A stretch of 64,000 nucleotides of DNA, taken from positions 4,912-68,911 of the forward strand of contig CAZIAZ010000002.1 in assembly GCA_964536835.1 (NCBI GenBank). The letters are read 5' to 3'. The position numbers and the translations under genes were made by a program. Position 1 is the first letter of the stretch, and each line of letters starts with the position of its first letter. This DNA comes from an uncultured Planctomycetaceae bacterium. GTDB taxonomy: Bacteria; Planctomycetota; Phycisphaerae; SM23-33. Positions 50,332 through 61,154 of the stretch are shown piece by piece. The notes under the pieces were generated by a model. It searched no databases. It had not been told where the DNA came from and saw only the letters and a list, made by a program, of their open reading frames with translations.

Positions 50332-52002
50332 TTATTTTTCGACGTTTTTAAGCGGCTGGACAGCGTTTTGCGACAATGTTGTTCCAGATGAGTTAGTGAC
50401 CAGGAAATTATCATTCCTGGAGTCGATGATTTTGACCGCCGGCACAGCCTGTTGCAGTTTTTTCAAATATTTCTGTCCGCTGACGAAACACCATATCGGC
50501 CGGCTGGAATTCAGTTCGGCAGTTAGATTTTCAAATGCGGCAGTATCGCGTTTGGATATTACCGGCGCAGTATAATGGCCGGTGTAAAACATGAACGAAA
50601 GATTTTCGTCAGGATAAAGACAGACGTTTGTTGCTGCCTGCGGCAGCAGTTGTGCTTCTCTGCGGGACGAAAGAAACTCCAGACCAGAAGGAACGATATG
50701 CACCAGCATATATAGCTGCAACATTACCACGCATCCCGCCGACCAGTGTATGAATCTGACTCGTCGTTCCGTGCGGATAAACCGTGCCATGCGGAATATC
50801 GCATAGAAAACAATCACGCACGGCACAACGGCAGATAAGTCCAGCCATCTGAATTTCCATTCAAAACCGACGATTACGACAGTCATTACTGCAACGAATT
50901 CCATCAGTGTCCATGCGCCGATTCGCATGAGTTTGTCCGGCTGGCTTGACGCTGACCATCTGCCGACAAATACGCCCAGCATAACCATGAGCGGCGGAAA
51001 TACCGGCAGGATATAGCTGACCAGTTTTGTGTGGCTGAACATGAAAAACAGCAGTGGCATGACCGTCGCCGTCATCAGGAATACGATAATTTTTTCCCGT
51101 CCGGTTTTTCCGAAAAACATCGGCACGTATCTGATAAATGCGCCAGGAATGTACACGCACCACGGCAGGCAGCCGGCGAAAAGTATGGGAATGTATAAAA
51201 TTCCCGGCCATGAATGACCGAGATCTCCGCCGCCGGTGACCCGGCCGAAATTTTCCCTGCCGAAAAACGCCCCAAAATATTCCGGATATTTTATCGATGT
51301 CGCAATGAACCACGGACACGCCACCAGCAGGTAAATCGCCATGCCGGCGGGATTGAAGAATTCAAGTATGCGGCGAAACTGGCGCGTTGCCAGAAGATAC
51401 GTGCCCACGACCATTACCGGCAGCGCCAAACCGGCCGGGCCCTTGAAAAGCGTCGCCACGGCAGCCCAGAAATAGAATCCGCGCCAGCATGAATTGCCTG
51501 CGCGCCTGTCGACAACGGCACACGTCTCCCGCGATGCGAAATAATACATCGCCGCCCACATCGACGTCACGAACGGCATATCCATGCGGTAGTAACGGCC
51601 CATTATCCAGAATTCCATGCACGTCGCGAGCATAATGCCGGCAAGCATGGCTACCGATTTTCTCTCGAATTTCCGTACCAGCTTGTATGCCAGCACAACC
51701 GCAAACGCCGCAAAAATGGCCGACACTAACCGGCCGGCAAATTCACTGTCGTCCGTCAGCCACTGAACGCCAGCCGTCAGCCAATAATACGGCGCAGGTT
51801 TGTTATAATAATTCTTCCCACAGAGCGTCGGCATCAGCCAATTACCCGATTGGAGCATTTCGCTGGTGGTCAATGCGCAGCGGGCTTCTTCCGGCTCGCA
51901 CAAAGGAAAAGACGATATGCCGGGAACATACAAAAGTACGCACAGAAGAATCAGCAATAAAATGTTCCTGCGGTCGCTGTAGAGGTCGTTATTGCTCGTC
52001 AT
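50332..52002 (-). CDS. GT39/GT83-type (ArnT/PMT-like) polyprenyl-phosphate-sugar-dependent glycosyltransferase
   Basis: 556 aa with about 12 TMs. The first periplasmic loop has the acidic motif (PEEARCALTTSEM). The topology follows the ArnT/FlmK/LgmB pattern. Confidence 0.7.
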   Translation of the reverse strand: MTSNNDLYSDRRNILLLILLCVLLYVPGISSFPLCEPEEARCALTTSEMLQSGNWLMPTLCGKNYYNKPAPYYWLTAGVQWLTDDSEFAGRLVSAIFAAFAVVLAYKLVRKFERKSVAMLAGIMLATCMEFWIMGRYYRMDMPFVTSMWAAMYYFASRETCAVVDRRAGNSCWRGFYFWAAVATLFKGPAGLALPVMVVGTYLLATRQFRRILEFFNPAGMAIYLLVACPWFIATSIKYPEYFGAFFGRENFGRVTGGGDLGHSWPGILYIPILFAGCLPWCVYIPGAFIRYVPMFFGKTGREKIIVFLMTATVMPLLFFMFSHTKLVSYILPVFPPLMVMLGVFVGRWSASSQPDKLMRIGAWTLMEFVAVMTVVIVGFEWKFRWLDLSAVVPCVIVFYAIFRMARFIRTERRVRFIHWSAGCVVMLQLYMLVHIVPSGLEFLSSRREAQLLPQAATNVCLYPDENLSFMFYTGHYTAPVISKRDTAAFENLTAELNSSRPIWCFVSGQKYLKKLQQAVPAVKIIDSRNDNFLVTNSSGTTLSQNAVQPLKNVEK

Positions 52003-52321
52003 TTGCGGCGATTTCCTTTTTGGCGGCGGCGCATTTTCTGGGATGAATATGTATGAAATATAGATTGCGCACGTAGATTATCAGATTCAGGCTGAACCCC
52101 GCGATAAAAACCGGATCTTTTCTGTAAATCGAATACGCCAGCAGTATCAGCGTCCCAACCAGCGACAGATACCAGAACGCCAGCGGTATTATTGATTTTT
52201 TCGCTCTTTCCGTGGCAATCCATTGCACAATGAATCGAAGGCCGAAAACCACCTGCCCAAAAAATCCGACAGCCATCCAAATGTCAGCCGCCGATAATTT
52301 TAAAAATATTTTGCCGAACAT
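51989..52321 (-). CDS. lipid-A-disaccharide-synthase N-terminal-like (LAB_N, PF07578-type) small membrane protein
   Basis: FFGQVVFGLRFIVQWIATERAKKSIIPLAFWYLSLVGTLILLAYSIYRKDPVFIAGFSLNLIIYVRNL matches the LAB_N consensus closely. A 14-bp overlap with the GT39 gene. Confidence 0.6.
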   Translation of the reverse strand: MFGKIFLKLSAADIWMAVGFFGQVVFGLRFIVQWIATERAKKSIIPLAFWYLSLVGTLILLAYSIYRKDPVFIAGFSLNLIIYVRNLYFIHIHPRKCAAAKKEIAANDEQ

Positions 52322-52351
52322 CGCTATAAGTCCATTCTTTTAAGATAAACA

Positions 52352-52387
52352 TAGAACCTATCCCAATAATTGTTACAGATAGGTTCT
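52352..52387. repeat. hairpin copy of the tagaacctatccca repeat (agaacctatc / gataggttct) in the divergent promoter region of the glycolipid-modification cluster
   Basis: A 10-bp perfect stem. The same 14-mer heads the repeats at 628, 1811 and 42728. Confidence 0.55.
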
Positions 52388-52445
52388 TTAAAAAGTTCCT
52401 TCTACTGGATACCGCATGGGAATTATTATATAATTTCGGTTTCAT

Positions 52446-53306
52446 ATGGAAACAGGAAAAAAATGTAAAGTCATAATCAACGGCGACGATTTTGGCCTTT
52501 CACGGCGGGTATCGGAAGGGATTATTCATGCCCACAAGTACGGCATTTTGACGTCAGCGACGTTTCAGGCTAACGGCGACGCATCCGAATATGCAGCCTC
52601 ACTGCTGGCGGAAGTTCCGACGCTCGGCGTCGGCGTTCACCTGAACATATCGCAGGGCCGCTGCATCTCCAAAGCCGGCATGAAACTGGCAGATGAAAGC
52701 GGCATGATGAACCACACTGCCGTAGGTATAATCATGCTTCTGCTTAAAAAGCCCAATCTCCTTTCAGCCGTCAGGGAAGAGTTTGACGCTCAAATACGAC
52801 GTGCCGTTGCCATGGGCATTCGGCCGACGCACCTTGACACGCACAGGCACAGCCACGGATTTGGCCCCGTCTGTTCGATAGTGGCAGAGTTGGCGAAAAA
52901 ATACAACATCCCGTTCATTCGTCGTCTTGGCGAACATCTGCCGTGGGTCGGATGGCCAAAAGCGCCGGCCAAACAGAAACACATATCCAATATATTGACT
53001 TTCTTGGGCGATATGAACAAACTGCGTCACTGGAGGTTTTTCAGAACGGCTGGCACGTGGGGCGTGGCGCATACGGGCTGCATTACACGCGAGTGGCTGT
53101 TGACTGCCGCCGGCGCACTTGTAAAAGTCTGTCCATGTAAAACCATTGAAATCATGACTCATCCAGGGTACTGCGATGATTTGGACGAATCGGTAACGAG
53201 ACTTATCGAAAGTCGGCAGATTGAACTCGCCGCACTTTGCGACGACGACGTGCGAAAGGCGTTCGATGCAAACGGGATTGAACGGATAAATTATGGAAAC
53301 CTCTAA
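52446..53306 (+). CDS. YdjC/ChbG/HpnK/NaxD-family carbohydrate de-N-acetylase
   Basis: N-terminal VIINGDDFGLSRRVSEGIIHAHKYGILTSATFQANG, with the conserved metal-binding Asp and His. 286 aa. Confidence 0.7.
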   Translation: METGKKCKVIINGDDFGLSRRVSEGIIHAHKYGILTSATFQANGDASEYAASLLAEVPTLGVGVHLNISQGRCISKAGMKLADESGMMNHTAVGIIMLLLKKPNLLSAVREEFDAQIRRAVAMGIRPTHLDTHRHSHGFGPVCSIVAELAKKYNIPFIRRLGEHLPWVGWPKAPAKQKHISNILTFLGDMNKLRHWRFFRTAGTWGVAHTGCITREWLLTAAGALVKVCPCKTIEIMTHPGYCDDLDESVTRLIESRQIELAALCDDDVRKAFDANGIERINYGNL

Positions 53307-54279
53307 AAAAATAACATACAGCATTGTCGTCCCGTTCTATAACGAGCAGGACATAATCGAAAAACTTCATGACCGCCTTGTAAAGGTCATGGATAGCGTG
53401 GGCGGCGAATATGAGCTTGTATATGTCAACGACGGCAGTCGTGACGATACGCCAGCCATATTGGAGAAAATCGCCACAGCCAATCCGCGTGTGGTTTTTG
53501 TAGACCTGCGGCGCAACTTTGGCCAGACTACGGGGCTGATGGCCGGTTTCGATGTGGCTGGCGGTGAAATAATCATCTCAATGGATGGCGACTTGCAGCA
53601 CGACCCGTATGAAATTCCGATGTTCATTGAAAAAATTCGCGAAGGTTACGACATAGCCAGCGGCTGGCGCATCCGTCGCGGCGACAACTTCGTCATGCGC
53701 CGTCTGCCGTCCAAAATTGCCAACCGGCTGCTCGCCGCCGTCAGCGGCGTGGCGCTGCATGATTTCGGCACGACATTCAAAGCCTATCGCCGTGAAGTTC
53801 TTGAAGATGTCCGACTTTACGGCGACATGCACCGGTTTGTTCCGGCGGTCTGCCAACGGCTCGGCGCCAGAATCTGCGAAGTGCCCATAAAAAATGTCCG
53901 CAGGGCAGCTGGCAAAAGCAATTACGGCATTGGCAGAACATTCCGTGTTGCGTTGGACATAATCACGCTAAAATTCATCACCGGTTACCTCACGAGGCCT
54001 ATGCACTTTTTCGGCCGCTGGGGCATGGCCAGTTTCGCCTTTGGCCTTTTAATACTTTTTTATGGCTTTTTAAGGAAGATTTTTGCGTGGAACGAGTTCC
54101 GGCTTTTCGAAGAGCATGGGCCGCTGATGGCATTGGGATTTCTTCTGCTGATAGTGGGCATGTTCTTTCTCTCGACCGGCCTCATAGGCGAGATGCTCAT
54201 GCGAATCTATTTTGAAAGTACCAACGCCCGAACTTACGCCGTCAAACGTATCTTCCGGAACGCCAGGCAGGAAAAATGA
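53293..54279 (+). CDS. GT2 polyprenyl-phosphate glycosyltransferase (ArnC/FlmF2/LgmA/DPM1-like)
   Basis: YSIVVPFYNEQD ... VYVNDGSRDDT (the DXD region) is followed by two C-terminal TM helices. A 14-bp overlap with the deacetylase gene. Confidence 0.75.
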   Translation: METSKKITYSIVVPFYNEQDIIEKLHDRLVKVMDSVGGEYELVYVNDGSRDDTPAILEKIATANPRVVFVDLRRNFGQTTGLMAGFDVAGGEIIISMDGDLQHDPYEIPMFIEKIREGYDIASGWRIRRGDNFVMRRLPSKIANRLLAAVSGVALHDFGTTFKAYRREVLEDVRLYGDMHRFVPAVCQRLGARICEVPIKNVRRAAGKSNYGIGRTFRVALDIITLKFITGYLTRPMHFFGRWGMASFAFGLLILFYGFLRKIFAWNEFRLFEEHGPLMALGFLLLIVGMFFLSTGLIGEMLMRIYFESTNARTYAVKRIFRNARQEK

Positions 54280-54351
54280 TTTTCCAATGCGGCCAACCGT
54301 TATTCTCGACGCACACGACTGTGGCCTATTTTTTAAGATGTAAGAATTTTT

Positions 54352-55569
54352 TTGAAGACTTTGATGCGTTTATCATTAAAAGATTTGCAATATCTTGTAA
54401 GCGGTGCGGCGGATGAGTTTTTGACGGCCGACTTGCCGGCTGACCCGCTGTCATTACAAAAGGCGCTGCGCAAATGCGTTGGGCCGGATGAAGCGATGGC
54501 AATCGACCAGCTCCGCCGCGTCCGTAAAAAAGCTGCTGCCAAGATGCCTCTGCCACAAGCCGAAAAAATGCTCGCCGATGACACCATGATTCAGCAGGCG
54601 TCATCGCTAGCCATTGCGGCGTATAAGGGCCAAAAAATACTCCAGCGATGGCCTGACGTGCGGCATGTGCTGGATTTATGCTGCGGCTGCGGCTTGGACG
54701 CAATAGGGTTGGCGAAGTGCGGATTGACTGTCGATGGCTATGATGAATCGTCGGCTGCGGTTTTTTGCGCATCATATAACGCTGCCGTTTGCGGCTGTGA
54801 AAAATGTTGCACGTTCCATAATGCCGACGTGACTTTGTTAAAAAATTTTTCAGCCGGCAGTGTTGTGCATTTAGATCCCGACCGCCGCGTTACCGGCCGC
54901 CGCAGCGCATCGTTAGCCGATTATTCGCCAGGCCCGCGATTTGTGGAAGAACTTATACGCCAGCCAGGCCTGCGGGGCGTCATCAAGCTCTCGCCCGCCA
55001 TGCCGAAAGACGAACTGGCGGCTCTCTGTATGCCGCTGGATATAGAGTACGTCAGCACACATAACACCTGTCGCCAACTGCTTGCGTGGTTTCCAGCCGT
55101 CGGCGAAGGAAGCCGTCTTGCAACTGTTATCCGCGGTGAATATCCCGATTATCGCGTCGATTCGGTATTCGCCGCAGCCGGGCCGGCTGCATACGGCGCT
55201 GCGGCTGGTAAATATCTCATAGAACCCGATGCCGCCGTACTCGCAGCAGGCGCAGAAAGCGCCCTTGCGATGAAATTATCGGCATGGAAACTTGCACCAG
55301 GATTGGTGTGGTTATTTGCCGACAAAAAACCGGCGACTGATACGGCTGGCCAGATTTTTGAAATTATTCAATCCGTGCCAGGCCGACTGGACGACATAAA
55401 AAAGGCGCTGAAAAATCTCAACGCCGGCAATGTAGAACTCAAAACCCGCGGCGTGGATTTGAATGCGGACAAGGTTCAGCGGCAGCTTCACGGAAAAGGA
55501 ACTCAACCACTGACCGTTCTGTGGGGCAGAGTCGGCCTGAACCAGCTCGCGTTTATCGCAAAACGCTGA
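54352..55569 (+). CDS. putative class I SAM-dependent methyltransferase
   Basis: Motif-I-like VLDLCCGCGLDAIGLA. 405 aa. Otherwise unassigned. Confidence 0.35.
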   Translation: MKTLMRLSLKDLQYLVSGAADEFLTADLPADPLSLQKALRKCVGPDEAMAIDQLRRVRKKAAAKMPLPQAEKMLADDTMIQQASSLAIAAYKGQKILQRWPDVRHVLDLCCGCGLDAIGLAKCGLTVDGYDESSAAVFCASYNAAVCGCEKCCTFHNADVTLLKNFSAGSVVHLDPDRRVTGRRSASLADYSPGPRFVEELIRQPGLRGVIKLSPAMPKDELAALCMPLDIEYVSTHNTCRQLLAWFPAVGEGSRLATVIRGEYPDYRVDSVFAAAGPAAYGAAAGKYLIEPDAAVLAAGAESALAMKLSAWKLAPGLVWLFADKKPATDTAGQIFEIIQSVPGRLDDIKKALKNLNAGNVELKTRGVDLNADKVQRQLHGKGTQPLTVLWGRVGLNQLAFIAKR

Positions 55570-55880
55570 CAGCCAGAACATATGTAATTTGAGACTACGC
55601 TTTAATACGTCCGCGAGAACAATACTGACAAGGAAAGCGAAGCCGACAGCTTGACGTCACCAAGTCGATGCCGCAAGCAGCAGTATGGCCATATCTCATG
55701 CTTGTATTTTTTATTGCGGTTCTCAAAAACTTACTGCCAAGTAAAAAAGACACGGCGAAACACATTGTGTTCCACCATGCCTTTTTTATGGAGAAGTGAT
55801 TGTCGGTTTTCTTTATCGGCGTGTATCCTTACCGTGGATTTCGTCGTCATTGGCACAACGCAGGGCACGACAAAAATTTT

Positions 55881-56222
55881 TCAGCCTATTGCTTCACCGC
55901 CGGTCTCGCCGGTACGAATACGGATGCACTCATCCAGCGTTACGATAAATATTTTGCCGTCACCGATATGGCCGGTTCGTGCGCCTTTTATTATGGCGTC
56001 GATGGTTGGTTTGACGAATTTGTCATTGACGGCTATTTCCAGTCTTACCTTTTTGAGCAGGTTCACTTCCAGCCTGACTCCGCGGTACGTCTCGTGATAG
56101 CCCATCTGCTGTCCGCAGCCCATGACGTTGCTTACGGACATCTTGTGTATCTCATCGGCATATAGTGCCTGCTTTACGTCGTTCAATCTTTCGGGCTGAA
56201 TGTATGCTATTATCAGCTTCAT
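55881..56222 (-). CDS. glnK: nitrogen regulatory protein P-II
   Basis: [20 protein letters not shown] ... the T-loop YRG ... GDGKIFIV. 113 aa. Located directly downstream of amt. Confidence 0.85.
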   Translation of the reverse strand: MKLIIAYIQPERLNDVKQALYADEIHKMSVSNVMGCGQQMGYHETYRGVRLEVNLLKKVRLEIAVNDKFVKPTIDAIIKGARTGHIGDGKIFIVTLDECIRIRTGETGGEAIG

Positions 56223-56258
56223 GGTATTTGACTCCTGTTTGTGATTTCAGTTTACGGG

Positions 56259-57602
56259 TTAGATGTTGGAGAATATCTGGAACCCTGCATATGCTTCCAT
56301 GCCGTGTTCGCCGATATCCAGGCCTCTGAGTTCTTCTTCACGGCTGACTCGCAACCCTATGGTCTTGTTGATAACTGTGAAGAGTATCATGCCCAGTACG
56401 AAGGCCCATGCGAATGCCGTAGCTACGCCCAGCGCCTGGGTTCCCAGCAATTTCAAACTGCCGGTATAAAGCAGGCCGTCGCTCATGCTGAACAGGCCTA
56501 CCGCCAGAGTGCCGAATGCTCCGCATACGCCGTGTACGCTGACCGCACCGACCGGATCGTCTATCTTAAGTATACGGTCGATGAAAGTCACAGCCAACAC
56601 TACCAGGACACCTGCACAAAGGCCGATGATGATGGCTCCCAGCGGGCTTACTGTGTCACAGCCGGCAGTGATGGCTACCAAGCCGGCAAGTGCACCGTTC
56701 AACGCCATGGAGGCGTCAGGCTTGGAGAAAATTCCCCACGCTACAGCTATGGCCGCAAGTGCGCCGCCCGCAGCTGCCAGATTGGTGGTTATCGCTATGT
56801 ATCCTATCAGACCGCTGCCGACGGTCGTACTGCCGGGGTTGAATCCGAACCAGCCGAACCACAATATGAACACGCCTAGTGCGGCGAGCGGCAGATTATG
56901 GCCGATGATTGCGGCCGGCTTGCCGTCGGGCCGATACTTGCCGATACGCGGGCCGAGGACTACAGCACCGGCTAACGCCAGCCATCCGCCTATGCTGTGA
57001 ACGACGGTTGAGCCGGCAAAGTCATGAAAGCCCATGTTCGCCAACCATGAACAGTTGTCGGTAATCAGCAGATTGCCCCAAGCCCATGAGCCGAATATCG
57101 GATATATCAGCAGCGAAATGAACGCACTGTATATCAGATAGCCGACGAACTTGGTGCGTTCCGCCATCGCACCGGAAACTATGGTTGCAGAAGTGCCGGC
57201 AAAGACGGTCTGGAACATCAGGAACGTCCAGTCCCAACTATCGCCAGGCTCCACGCCGCTCATGCCGAACAGCGTAGTGCCAAAAAAGCCGTTACTTTTT
57301 CCGAACATCAGGCCGAAGCCCACGAGGAAAAACACCAGCGTCGCCGCCACGAAATCCATGAGGTTTTTCATCATGATGTTCACCGCGTTTTTTGCGCGGG
57401 TAAACCCGGTCTCTACGCAGGCAAAGCCGGCCTGCATGAAAAACACCAGAAACGCGGCTACGCAGGTCCATACGATATTGAGATTCAACTGCACACTGTC
57501 GGCAGTCGCAGCCGGAGCGTCGCCGGCAAAACACGGTGCGGCAGACAGCATCAGAAATACCGATGCCGGCAGAATCAAATTCTTTCTTGCAAATATTCGC
57601 AT
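56259..57602 (-). CDS. amt: ammonium transporter (Amt family)
   Basis: Signal peptide plus 11 TMs. The Amt signature regions include DFAGSTVVHSIGGWLALAGAVVLGPRIGKY. Confidence 0.9.
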   Translation of the reverse strand: MRIFARKNLILPASVFLMLSAAPCFAGDAPAATADSVQLNLNIVWTCVAAFLVFFMQAGFACVETGFTRAKNAVNIMMKNLMDFVAATLVFFLVGFGLMFGKSNGFFGTTLFGMSGVEPGDSWDWTFLMFQTVFAGTSATIVSGAMAERTKFVGYLIYSAFISLLIYPIFGSWAWGNLLITDNCSWLANMGFHDFAGSTVVHSIGGWLALAGAVVLGPRIGKYRPDGKPAAIIGHNLPLAALGVFILWFGWFGFNPGSTTVGSGLIGYIAITTNLAAAGGALAAIAVAWGIFSKPDASMALNGALAGLVAITAGCDTVSPLGAIIIGLCAGVLVVLAVTFIDRILKIDDPVGAVSVHGVCGAFGTLAVGLFSMSDGLLYTGSLKLLGTQALGVATAFAWAFVLGMILFTVINKTIGLRVSREEELRGLDIGEHGMEAYAGFQIFSNI

Positions 57603-57825
57603 CTGTAAAACTCCTTCAATAAAATCCTGACTTTTTGCTATTTGGTATCAATCTGGAAAATTACGATCACTTCATCCCGCCGGTTTGCCAGCCCTATTGG
57701 CTGATAGCCGTACACAGGCTGGCCGGCATTTCATTTTCGATGTTGTCGCGTCATTTTTTGACTCCTTACAAATCTGTCTGGTCTGTAAATTGCAATAATT
57801 TCTACCGGAAGACCTGCCATGAAGA

Positions 57826-57841
57826 GTTGCACAAAGCGTGC
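57826..57841 (-). promoter_or_regulatory. candidate sigma-54 (-24/-12) promoter for amt-glnK: TGGCACGctttGTGCA on the minus strand
   Basis: Read directly. It matches TGGCAC-N5-TTGCA except T to G at the first -12 position. It lies ~225 nt upstream of the amt start, divergent from a sigma-54 activator gene. Confidence 0.35.
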
Positions 57842-58049
57842 CATAGAATTATTTATTTTATAACTACATATTTTTAAAGACGTTAAAGATATTTACCAAA
57901 AAGATGGTAAAATTGAATAAAATTACAATTATGTAGCTTATAATTATATTGATTACAAATATGTTCCAAAAATGAGCCTGTTTTCAAAAATGACACGTGC
58001 ATGAAGTCAAGCGACAAGATTGTCTTGGAATTTTTTTTAGGATTACCTG

Positions 58050-59606
<1,557 letters not shown>

Positions 59607-59613
59607 TTTGTAA

Positions 59614-59744
59614 AAAGGTTCAAGTAACAAGAAACAACCTACAAGCAATCTTAAAAACTCAAATTTCAATTTAAAGAAGTCTCTCTTGAATCTTAAAATT
59701 TGAATTTTGCTTGTAGGTTGTTTCTTGTTACTTGAACCTTTCTT
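59614..59744. repeat. ~130-bp near-perfect palindrome with 35-bp perfect arms (aaaggttcaagtaacaagaaacaacctacaagcaa) and a partly self-complementary 60-nt AT-rich centre
   Basis: The reverse complement of 59709-59743 equals 59614-59648 exactly. It lies between convergent genes. Confidence 0.75.
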
Positions 59745-59749
59745 ATAGG

Positions 59750-60211
59750 CTATAGGACTTTTCGATTTTCATCCTCATGGCTGCCATGTTCCGCCTGGGT
59801 GCGATTTTCATCCTGCCGTCTGTGGTTTATGCCGAGTTTTTTCTCATACAGACGATAAACGTCCTCCGATTCGAGGCCCAGGAGCTGGCAGATGCTTATC
59901 CAGAAAAAGAGCATGTCGGTGGCTTCAACGCGGGCGTTCTGCAAATCCTGGAGTTGATATTGCCTGCCGGCTTTCGCTTCGGCGTACCAGTGTTTCCAAC
60001 TGAGACAGTCTTGAAGTTCATTGCATTCGGAGGCCATCGCGTCGATATAATTTTTCAGGGCGCGGCCTACATGCAGACGGATTTCCATATTGGTCTCATC
60101 AGTATTGAGCGATTTGCCGAGAGCGAGGGTATCGAATCCTGCACGTGAATTTAACGCCGCCTGCAGCGGCCAGATGTCTTCCAGGCTGTTGATGTTTTTA
60201 TCTTCTTCCAT
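59750..60211 (-). CDS. all-alpha NTP pyrophosphohydrolase (dimeric dUTPase / MazG-like, dUTPase_2-type)
   Basis: 153 aa. The pattern WKHWY...EATDMLFFWISICQLLG...YRLYEKKLGINHRRQDE resembles dimeric dUTPase-family proteins. Confidence 0.4.
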   Translation of the reverse strand: MEEDKNINSLEDIWPLQAALNSRAGFDTLALGKSLNTDETNMEIRLHVGRALKNYIDAMASECNELQDCLSWKHWYAEAKAGRQYQLQDLQNARVEATDMLFFWISICQLLGLESEDVYRLYEKKLGINHRRQDENRTQAEHGSHEDENRKVL

Positions 60212-60493
60212 TGCTTCTGCTCCTTATCGCATTTCAACCTTGATAATTCAGGTTTGCCGGTTTACTTTGTCCGTGATTACGTCATAAAAATTCGGAATAT
60301 CACCAAATATGCCTAATTTCCCTTCCTTACTACAACCGTAAAAATCGGAACTCTCAACTTTTAAATGCTCCATTTTCCAAAAACGCAATTCATTTTAGCG
60401 ATTATAGGATTATCGGGAAAAATTGCAAACTACGAATAAAAGTTACAGGCAATCCTGCGTTGATTGCAATGCAGACAGGCGCTGCCAGGGAAG

Positions 60494-60567
60494 AGAAATG
60501 GCGGCATATTTTTTTAAAAAATCATTCCTGTGGAATTTTTTGCGATATTGTGCCGGAAGCCGCCATT
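60494..60567. repeat. third copy of the aaatggcggcatatttttttaaaaaa repeat, with an 11-bp inverted partner (gaaatggcggc / gccgccatttc) 45 nt downstream
   Basis: Direct comparison with 24..50 and 1874..1903. Confidence 0.55.
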
Positions 60568-61154
60568 TCCAACTGCCGCTTGCGAAGAATTTCCAGCCGC
60601 CTGACCGGCGAGAGTTTTAGAAGTTCATCCCGCTCCTGTAGCGTGAACGACGAAAGAACGGGACCGACCCAATCATTCTGTGAAGGGCTGATATTGAATC
60701 TTTTTTGGAATTCAGCCAAAATTTTTGCCTGCTCCTGCTGCGGCAGAAGCAGAAACGCTTTGGCACTGCGCGATGCCTGCGACTGCTGAGCCGGCGTAAG
60801 ATGACTCCATGCCAGGCTGGCGGCATCGTCAGTGGAACGCGCCCCGCCCACCCACATCATTATGGCCAATACCGCGATAGCCGCCATCGTCAGCGGAACG
60901 GCTAATCGCGTTATACGGTAAAAAGGGCTTTTGGCTGGATCATGCTCAGCGGCAAGACAAATAACGTCGCCTAAAAATTCCGCCGGCTTGGGTGTTTCCC
61001 ATCGCTTCATAAATTTGTCGAGTTTCCGAAAATCCGCACAAGTCATGGCTGCCTGAGCATCGTCAAACAGAATTTTACGTACTTTCTCGGATTCTTCAGC
61101 ATCAAGTTCGCCATCCATCCAGGCAGATATATTATCCAAATCATTCGTATTCAT
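60522..61154 (-). CDS. membrane-anchored anti-sigma factor (RseA-like N-terminus)
   Basis: N-terminal ISAWMDGELDAEE motif, one TM (AVPLTMAAIAVLAIMMWV), and a position downstream of an ECF sigma gene. Confidence 0.5.
   Translation of the reverse strand: MNTNDLDNISAWMDGELDAEESEKVRKILFDDAQAAMTCADFRKLDKFMKRWETPKPAEFLGDVICLAAEHDPAKSPFYRITRLAVPLTMAAIAVLAIMMWVGGARSTDDAASLAWSHLTPAQQSQASRSAKAFLLLPQQEQAKILAEFQKRFNISPSQNDWVGPVLSSFTLQERDELLKLSPVRRLEILRKRQLEMAASGTISQKIPQE

Noticed and set aside
54326-54775. 149-aa minus-strand ORF overlapping the start of the methyltransferase-like gene
   Set aside because: It is Arg/Pro-rich with a mirror-frame composition. The plus-strand frame continues for 405 aa with a methyltransferase-like motif.
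55846-55865. TGGCAC-like motif (ttggcacaacgcagggcacg)
   Set aside because: It lies inside the glnK coding region on the non-coding strand. It lacks the GC of the -12 element at the correct spacing.
56241-57000. plus-strand ORFs of 212 and 171 aa
   Set aside because: They are antisense to the ammonium transporter gene.
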